From NCBI GenBank assembly GCA_943704415.1, contig CALSCO010001249.1:1-45455 (forward strand): a stretch of DNA of 45,455 nt, given 5' to 3'. The position numbers were made by a program, and so were the translations under genes. The DNA is from Parvularia atlantis (Eukaryota). Shown here one piece after another: positions 37,596-45,455 of the stretch (its first letter is position 1; each line of letters starts with the position of its first letter). The notes beneath the pieces are model-generated. The model was given only the letters and a program-made list of their open reading frames with translations. It was not told where the DNA came from and did not search any database.

Positions 37596-39913
37596 ATGTC
37601 GTACACGCGCAAGAGCATCTTCGCCGCCCTCCCGCTCACGTCGCGCGGCCAGCCCACGCACCTCAGCGGCGACCCCAAGGGCAAGAACTTCCTCTACACC
37701 AACGGCCGCTCGGTCATCATCCGCGAGCTCGAGAAACCGCACGTCGCCGACCAGTACACTGAGCACGTCGCCAACGTCACCTGCGCGCGCTACGCCCCCT
37801 CGGGCTTCTACATCGCCTCGGGCGGTGCGCGCCCGATCTGCTGCTGCTGCTGCTGCTGCTGCTGCACGTTCGCACGCTGACGCGCGGCCGCCCCGCAGAC
37901 GCCGCCGGCAACGTGCGCATCTGGGACACGACCCAGGCCGAACACCTGCTCAAGACCGAGGTCAAGGTCATCTCGGGCGAGATCAAGGACCTGGCGTGGG
38001 ACTCGGAGAGCAAGCGCATCATCGCCGTCGGCCAGGGCCAGGAGTAGTGCGTCGCCGTCGCTCGTGCGGGCTCGCGCGCGATGGTGGGCTGACCGTGCTC
38101 TGTGCATGTGTGTGCGCGATGCAGCTTTGGCCGCGCGTTCATGTTCGACTCGGGCTCATCCGTGGGCGAGATCAGCGGCCACAGCAAGGCCATCAACACC
38201 GTCGACATCAAGGCCACGCGCCCCTACCGCGCCGCCACGGGCTCGGACGACCTCTGGTAAGCGCGCGCGCGGAGAGCCTGTGGCCGCCGCCTGCATCGGG
38301 CTGAGCCGCCGCCCGCGCCAGCGTCAACTTCTTCGAGGGCCCGCCGTTCAAGTACAAGCAGTCCAACAAGGACCACGAGCGCTTCGTCAACTGCATCCGC
38401 TACAGCCCGAACGGCAACAACTTTGTCAGCGTCGGCGCCGACAGCAAGATCATCCTCTTCAACGGCGCCACGGGCGAGAAGGTCGCCGAGCTCAAGGGCT
38501 CGGCCCCGCACACCGGCAGCATCTACTCGTGCTACTGGTCGCCCGACAGCGCCTCGCTCCTCACGTGCTCGGCTGACCGCACGGTCAAGGTCTGGGACGT
38601 GGCCGCGGGCACCGCCACGACGTGCGTCTCGTGCTGCTCGCGCGGTGCGCGCACGGCTGAGCCTCCGCGCGTGCGGCAGCACCTTCACCTTTGGCACGGC
38701 CGTCGACGACCAGCAGGTCGGCTGCCTGTGGCAGGGCAACCACCTCGTGTCGCTCTCGCTCAGCGGCGATCTCAACTACCTCGACAAGAGCAACCCGGCC
38801 AAGCCCACACGCGTCGTGCGCGGCCACACCAAGCCGATCATGTCGCTCGCGGTCAAGGACAACACGCTCTGCACGGGCGACGTAAGCGGCCGCGTCTGTG
38901 CGTGCGGCTCCCTCTCGTTTTTCTCGCGCGCGAGTGTGTTGACGCTCCCGCGCTCGGCCGCAGGCGCCTGGAGTGCCGACAACGGCGTCGCCACGCCCAT
39001 CGCCGGCACCGGCCACACCAACCAAGCCACGGCCCTCGCCTTCCAGGGCGACACGCTGGTCTCGGTCGGCCTGGACGACAGCGTGCGCTTCACGCCGCTC
39101 GAGGGCAAGGTGTGCCCTCGCCGCTCGCGCACACGCGCCAGCGCCCCGGCCCTCACAGCCCGCTTGCGCAGACGTTCGGTGCGGACGCGTTCAAGTCAGA
39201 CAGCCAGCCGCGCTCGGTGGCGTCGCACGCGAACGGCGTGTCGGTGGTGGTGGCTATCGGCGCGATCGTCGTGCTGCGCAACGGCAAAAAGGTGGCGTGC
39301 GCGCGGGGCCTCTGTCGTGGCACTGACTTGGTGCGTGCGCTGCCAGGTCTCGTCGCTCGCGCCGGCCAAGCAGCCGTACTCGGTCGCGATCTCGGCCGAC
39401 GGCACCGAGGTCGCCGTGGGCTTCGATAACGACCTCTTGATCGTCTACACGCTCAACGGCGACACCCTGACCGAGAAGGGCAAGCTGACGGAGACGATCC
39501 GCGGCCCCATCCACGCCCTGGCCTACTCGCCCGACGGCCAGTACCTCGCCGTGGGCGACGCGCACAAGCAGGTCACCGTGGTCGACGCCAAGACTCTCGC
39601 CGTCAAGATCGACGGCTGGGTCTTCCACGCCGCGCGCCTGACCAGCGTCGCGTGGTCGCCCTCGGGCACGCGCGTGGCCTCTGGCTCGCTCGACACGCAC
39701 ATCTACGTCTGGTGCGTGTCGCTGGCCGCGCGCGCGCCCACGCGCTTACGCGCACGCGCCGCACGCAGGTCGACCGACAGCCCGAGCAAGCGCATCCAGA
39801 TCAAGTTTGCGCACGTCGGTCAGGTCAATGGCGTCGCGTTCCTGAACGAGAACACGCTCGTGTCGGTCGGCCAGGACGGCTGCGTCAAGACGTGGGACGT
39901 CAAGCACCACTAA
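37596..39913 (+). CDS. WDR1: Actin-interacting protein 1 (WD repeat protein 1)
   Basis: [107 protein letters not shown]. Confidence 0.96.
37838..37865. repeat. (CTG)9 repeat in WDR1 intron 1
   Basis: Direct inspection. Confidence 0.85.
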
Positions 39914-39977
39914 GCCGGCACGCAAGCGAGACGGGTGCCCGCTTTGAGTCTGTGTGCCCGGGCAGCGGTCTTACTAA

Positions 39978-39983
39978 AATAAA
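39978..39983 (+). terminator. AATAAA polyadenylation signal for WDR1
   Basis: Lies in an AT-rich patch 65 nt after the stop. A second AATAAA is on the minus strand at 34899-34904, downstream of ARHGAP39. Confidence 0.5.
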
Positions 39984-40014
39984 AATTTCTCAAATTTGAA
40001 AAACTGTGCCCGCG

Positions 40015-43000
40015 TCACAAAAGCATCTTGTCGCTCAACGCGCTGGCGGTGATGGCCACGAGCTGCTGGACAACCTCCTGCGTCTGCGCGTGCTGGGTCC
40101 CGAGCTTGGCCGTGCGGATGCGCAGTGCGTGCTGGTGGTGCTCGGTGGCCGCGGTAAAGTCGCCCAGGAGCGTGAGGATAAGCCCGCAGTTGTAGTGCGA
40201 CATGGCCGTGTCCAGGTGCTCCGACCCGAGCACGGCCGAGCGCCGCTCGAGCGCGTCCAGGTGGTACTGCAGAGCCGTGCTATACTGCTGCACGCTCCCG
40301 TGCAGCGCGCCCAAGTTGTGCACGACCGTCGCCGTGCGCGGGTGCCGCGCCCCGAGCGAGTGGGCCAGGATCTCGAGCGCGCCCTGCAGGTGCTTGAGTG
40401 CGCCCGCGTGGTCCGACCGGCCCTCGAGCGCGCTCGCGAGCACGGCGTGGCACCACCCCACGCTCGGATGCGCCCGCCCGAGCACGTTGCTGTAGATCGT
40501 CAGCGCGTCCGTCGCCGCCTGCAGGCCCAGGTGGTAGTCGCCCGTGCTCACGTGGCACGTCGCGATCTTCTCCAGCACCATCGCCAGCGGCAGCGAGTGC
40601 GACGCCGACGACTGCTCCGCGCGCCGCAGCAGCTCCTCGCCCTCGGCGAACCGCCCCAGCGCCTGCCCGTAGTGCTGCTCCGACATCAGCCGCTCGCCCT
40701 GGATCGTGAGCGCGACCGCGAGCATGCGCAGCACACGCAGGTCCGTCTGCGGCAGGCTGCGCAGGATCTGCGTCGGCTCGGCGTGAGCCCACACAAGCGC
40801 GGCACGCGGGCGTGGCCGGCGCACCGGCAGCGCGTCGTCAAAGTCGTTAGCGTAGACGTCGCACACGGCCACGAGCAGGAGCATGTCGGTCGAGGTAAGC
40901 GAGTTCTGCGACACGACGGCCTGCTCGATCCGCTCTGACAGGCGTAGGAACTCGCGGTGGTGGAAGCGCTGCTGCAGCAGCGGCCACGCGGCCAGGAGCA
41001 CCTCGAGCAGGAGCGAGAGCCAGGTCGAGCGCAGCTCGGTGTGCAGAAGCAGCTTGCTTAGGTGCGGCATGTCGTGGTCGAGCATGGCCAGCGCCGCGCC
41101 GTCTTGCCCGCGCAGCCACATCTGCGACGCGTGCAGCAGCCGCAGCAGGCTGTACTGCACGAGCCGGTCGAGGGCACGGTCATGGTTGGCCGGGACGCGC
41201 GTCGCGGCCGAGGCAAAGACGTCGTGCCAGCGCGGCGACCAGCGTAGGAGGCGCTGCGACGCGTTCACCACCACGATCGCCCCGACAGAGCACAGCGCAA
41301 AGAGCGACGCGCGCGTCTCAGCGCTGACGTAGGTAAGGTCGTGCTCGGTCGTGGCCTTGAGCTCGTGCGTGCCGATGACAGCGTGTGCCGCGGCCTCGTC
41401 AAACACGCCGTCAAACACCGCCAGCGCCAGGCCGGCCGCGCCGCTGGGCGCCAGGGTTTCGGGCGAGCTCGGGAGGCGCAGCTTGGCGTAGCTCTGGATG
41501 CGCACGCCCGCGGCCAGGCGCGTGATCATGTCGGGCCCGCGGATGCCGCCGGCCAGGCTGATCTCGGACACGTCCGCCTCATCCGCCAGCGCGTACATCA
41601 GGCCCTCGGCGTCGGCCGACGACAGCCGGTCCAGGTGCTGCTCGACGATCTGCAGCGACGCGACGGACGACGGTCTTGTTGCCGGCGGCGGGTCGCGGCT
41701 CGTGATCAGCACGGTCAGGTGCGCCGAGCTCGCGCTCAGCCATGACCACAGCCACTCGAGCCCGTCCGTCGGCAGCTTCTCCGTGCGCTCGAGGTTGTCG
41801 ACCACGACGAGGCAGCGCGACGTCAGCCCGGCCGCCCACACGTTCAAGCCGTAGTCGTCGACCTTGCGCCCGTTGGGCTGGATGCGACTGAGGATCCCGT
41901 TGACAATGTGCGCTCGCCGCAAGAACGCCACGTCGGCGTAGTAAAGCCCGTTCGGGAAGGCCGACTCGTTCAGCGCCACGCATAGCCGCGCCACGGCCGA
42001 CGCCACGGCCGACTTGCCCACGCCGGCCTCGCCGTGCAGCCACATCACGTGCGCCATCTTGCCGTCGTGCTCTGCGTGAGCGGCGCGACACGTCAGCGGC
42101 GCCAGCGCACGCACGTGGCAGCATGAGGGCACGCACCGGTCAGCAGCGTCTGCGCAAGCTGCGACACGAGCTCGTGGCGCCCCACGAACGGCACGGGCAG
42201 GCCCGGCAGGCACTTGACCGTCGCGTGCGACGAGACTGTGTGCAGCAGCTTGTTCTGCGTCAGCTCGAGCGTGTTGTGCGGCCACACGATGGTCTTGTTC
42301 ATGGCCTGCCGCGCGCCGTGAGCACGCAACGGCAGCGGGCAGCGGACAGAACGGCGCACCTCAATCGACGCGTACGTCAGCTTCTCGGCCACGCTCACAA
42401 ACGACTGGTAAGCGTCCGACACTGCCCGCGAGCGCGTCAGCGCACTGGAGACCGCACCGCCGCGCACCGCACGCACCGATCATGATCGCGGCACGCTCGA
42501 GGTCGATCTGCGACACGTGCACCTCGTGCGCGTGTGCGGGATCGTCTGTCGACGCGCATCGGTCAGCGAGCGCTCCTGCACGCGCGCGGCGCACACGCAC
42601 CGGTCTTGGCCATCGACTCGAGGTTGCCGCTCGACGCTGCGCAGGCGCGACAGTCAGCACGGCGCACGGCACCGCGTCGCGTCGACGCACTGTTGCGGCT
42701 GTTGGCCGTGAGCAGCAGCGAGATGAGCGACGACGCTGTGCGCCGCGCCGCCGTCAGCCGCGACTGTCACTTTAGCGCACAGGCAGCGACGCCGCACCGG
42801 CCTCGTCGCCGCCGCTGCCGTGCCCGTCGGCCGGCGTCGTCTCGCCGTTAGCCTCGTCTGCGCGCGCGTCCGCGGTCAGCGCCAGTGTCAGCACGCGCGC
42901 GCCGCCACACCGTCCGTGTAGTCGCTGTCCGAGTTAATGTACATGAACTGGAGCGAGTCGCTGCTGCCCTGGCGCGAGGTCGGGGGCATGACGCCGTACG

Positions 43001-44050
43001 GCAGCGGCGGCAGCTCGGACGTCTTGGGCATGTGCGGCGCGTTCTCGACCCGCACGACGATGTGGTACGGCAGGAGGTCACCGTGGTAGGCCTTCTCTTT
43101 TTTGTCGTAGTACGTCTTGTTGGCAGCACTACGGCGACGGCCGGTGAGATCGGTCGCAAAGTACGTGCGCAAGCACGCACCTGCCGCGGCTGATGGTCAT
43201 GCCCATGACCATGACGTTGTTCTTGGCGACCTTGTAGAAGACGATCGGGTCTTTGCAGTAGAACGCGGGGAAGTTGGTGTGGGCGAGCACGGGCGTGAGC
43301 GCGGGGATGCTCGTCCAGCGCAGCGTCTTGTCGAGGTTGTTGACGCTCGCATGCGCGTACACGCCCAGGTGGCACAAATGCGTGAAGTTGGCCCTGCCGT
43401 GCCCGCCACGCGTGAGCGGTTGCTCAAAGAAGCGCAGAGGCGCGCACCAATACCGCCCGGGGTAGTCGACCGTCGCGTTCTGCCCGTGGTTCTTGCGCGC
43501 CGGGTGCTGCTCGACGGGGCAGTTGAGCAGCACAAACACCTCGACGCTCGGGTCGAGCGGCTCGTCTGCGGGCGCGCGGTCAGGCGCGCATCACGGCGGC
43601 ATTACACGGAGGCGTGCGCGCACCAGGCTCGTAGACGAGCACGGGCTGCGCACCGTCGCGCAAGACCTTCTCGCGCAGGTGCGGGCCGAGCGCTTTGTCG
43701 GGCCGGCTGGCGCTGGACGCGGCCGCGGTGAGCGAGGGCCCGAGGTGCTCGCAGCAGTACTGCAAGGCCGCGACGAGCGCGTTGGCGACGTGGTCGGGCA
43801 CGGACGGCGGCGTGGGCGTGCTGACGCGCGAGCGCTTGCGGCGCAGCGGGGCGGGCGCGGCACCGAGCATGCCGCCGCCGCCGTTGCCGCCGACAATGTC
43901 CGGGCTGACCGTGCCGGACAGCAGGCCGGCGGGCGGGAGCGCAATGGGCGGCGGGAAGGCGTGCTGCGGCGTCGGGTGCAGGTACGTCGGCGAGTGCAGC
44001 GCCGAGTTGCGCGCCGAGCCGGGCGCCGAGCCGGCCTCGCTGCGCGGCAT
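40015..44050 (-). CDS. NLR-like STAND NTPase: unknown N-terminal domain - NB-ARC/AAA - TPR repeats
   Basis: A single in-frame spliced model: LPVPFVGRHEL, Walker A GEAGVGKS (~42010-42033), Walker B CLVVVDN, VLITSR, and KLC-type TPRs (LGARHPRTATVVHNLG, LGSEHLDTAMSHYNCG). Confidence 0.85.
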
Positions 44051-44347
44051 AGCTGTGCGCGCGGGGTGGAGCCGTGGGCCGGCGCGTGTGAGCGGCAGCA
44101 CGCGTCACCAACGTGGCACGTGCCCCTCAGCGGACACGCGCGGTCGGGCGCGGGGCTGGCGGTCGGCACGGTGCTGGGGCGCGCGGACGCGGACGGGCGC
44201 GGGCGGCGATGGCAGGCGCGCGGGTGGGTCGTGCAGGCGGCGGCGAAGAGGAGGACTTAGAGGCAGCGCGGCGCGCTCACGACCATCCGCGGGCGTTCGC
44301 ACGTGGCCTCACAGTTGTGCGTCAAAGCACACGTGCAACCGCTACGC

Positions 44348-45398
44348 TCACTCCTCGCCCGCGCCCGGGTTCGTCTTGAGCGAGGCGCGGCCCGCCCGCA
44401 TCATCTCGTCAACGAGCAGCAGGTTGCTCGCGATCATCGAGCTGTGCGGGCGGGCGGGCGCGGGTCGGCACACGCGCTCTGAACGCGCTCAGACGCACCA
44501 CGAGTGCAGCAGCTGGCGCTTGACGCGGTAGTTGTCCCAGATGCCTTCGCTCACCGGGTCGAGCGGCTCGCCCGTGTTAAGGTCGAGGCCGCTCGCGTTG
44601 CCGGCCTCGTGGTCCTCCTGCAGCGTCACAATCACGTCCTGGGGATCGTAGCCGCCGTTCTGCGCCAGGACCTTTGGCACGACGAGCAGCGCGTTGGCGA
44701 AAGCGACGACGCCTGCCGAGCAGCGGTGAGCGCGCGGTGCCCGGGTGCGAGCGCGCGCGCTGCCGCACCCATCTTGGGCTTGCCCTTGACCGTGTCCTTG
44801 AACTTCATCAGGTGGTTGTGCGCGGCGATCTCAAACGCGCCGGCCCCGGGCACCACCGCGCCGTCCTGGGTGTGCGTCAGCACGCACGCGGGCGTAGCAC
44901 CGCGCGCGCCACCTCCAGTACGTTCTTGACCGCGCGCAGGCCGTCGCGCACGGCGTCGTTGATCTGCTCGATCGTGTGCTTGTTCGGGCCTGCCCCGCCG
45001 CGTAAGCGCACGCCCCTTTGCACCGCCGTCCGCGCGCGCGCGCGCACCCTTGATGAGGATCGTGCACGAGAACGGGTTCTTGACCTCCTCCACGAACGTA
45101 AACTTGTCCTCGCCCAGCGTCTGCTCGTATACCAGGCCGGCGTGGCCGAGCACGTCCGGCGTGAGGTCGTCGACCGCGTTGACGGCCGTCTGCGTCAGTC
45201 ATAAGCCACCCCCGGCGCATCCGCACGCGCCCGACGAGCGGCACGCACGCCGCCGCACGCGAGCTGCAGCCGCTCCATGTTGCGCCGCTTGGCGCGCCGG
45301 AGCGCGATGATGTTCTCCTTGGCGAGCATGTCGAGCGAGAGCGGGTCGATGCCCTTCTGGTTGATGATGACAAACGCCTTGTTCTTGCCGTCGCACAC
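44348..45398 (-). CDS. CCT6: T-complex protein 1 subunit zeta (chaperonin CCT6), 5' part outside the window
   Basis: [99 protein letters not shown]. Confidence 0.97.
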
Positions 45399-45455
45399 CT
45401 GCGCGCGCGCATATCGGTGAGGGCCCCGCATGCCTCGGGGGGGGGGGGGGGGGGG

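Overview
This is GC-rich eukaryotic nuclear DNA, not prokaryotic. It holds about 21 tightly packed protein-coding genes interrupted by roughly 200 tiny spliceosomal introns (mostly 45-70 nt; donor consensus GTGCG, branch CTGAC/CTCAC, acceptor CAG or sometimes AAG), so the supplied ORF track shows only exon fragments. All gene models were spliced by hand. In order: AP-2 alpha-adaptin (partial), KAT8/MOF, MECR, NDUFA9, BCH-RhoGAP, COX18/Oxa1-family insertase, a divergent Tom40/porin-like beta-barrel, a Tudor protein, an IQ-DH-PH(HR1)-C1 RhoGEF, a tetraspanin, an SPX/nucleotide-sugar-transporter fusion, a PH protein, GINS Psf1, a USP8/Doa4-like deubiquitinase, nitronate monooxygenase, WIPI3/4, an orphan ORF, a WW-MyTH4-RhoGAP, WDR1/AIP1, an NLR-like STAND-TPR protein and CCT6 (partial). 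The gene content suggests a unicellular opisthokont protist (inference only). Most notable: (1) an SPX sensor domain fused in frame to an SLC35B4/Yea4-type transporter; (2) Psf1 and the deubiquitinase appear to start on overlapping ATGs in one CATG palindrome; (3) same-strand gene pairs only 23-34 nt apart, possibly polycistronic; (4) a long inverted repeat that would pair an intron with exon 1 and the 5' splice site of the RhoGAP; (5) an NLR-like protein with an unrecognised N-terminal domain; (6) an HR1 domain inserted inside a RhoGEF PH domain; (7) frequent GC-AG introns.
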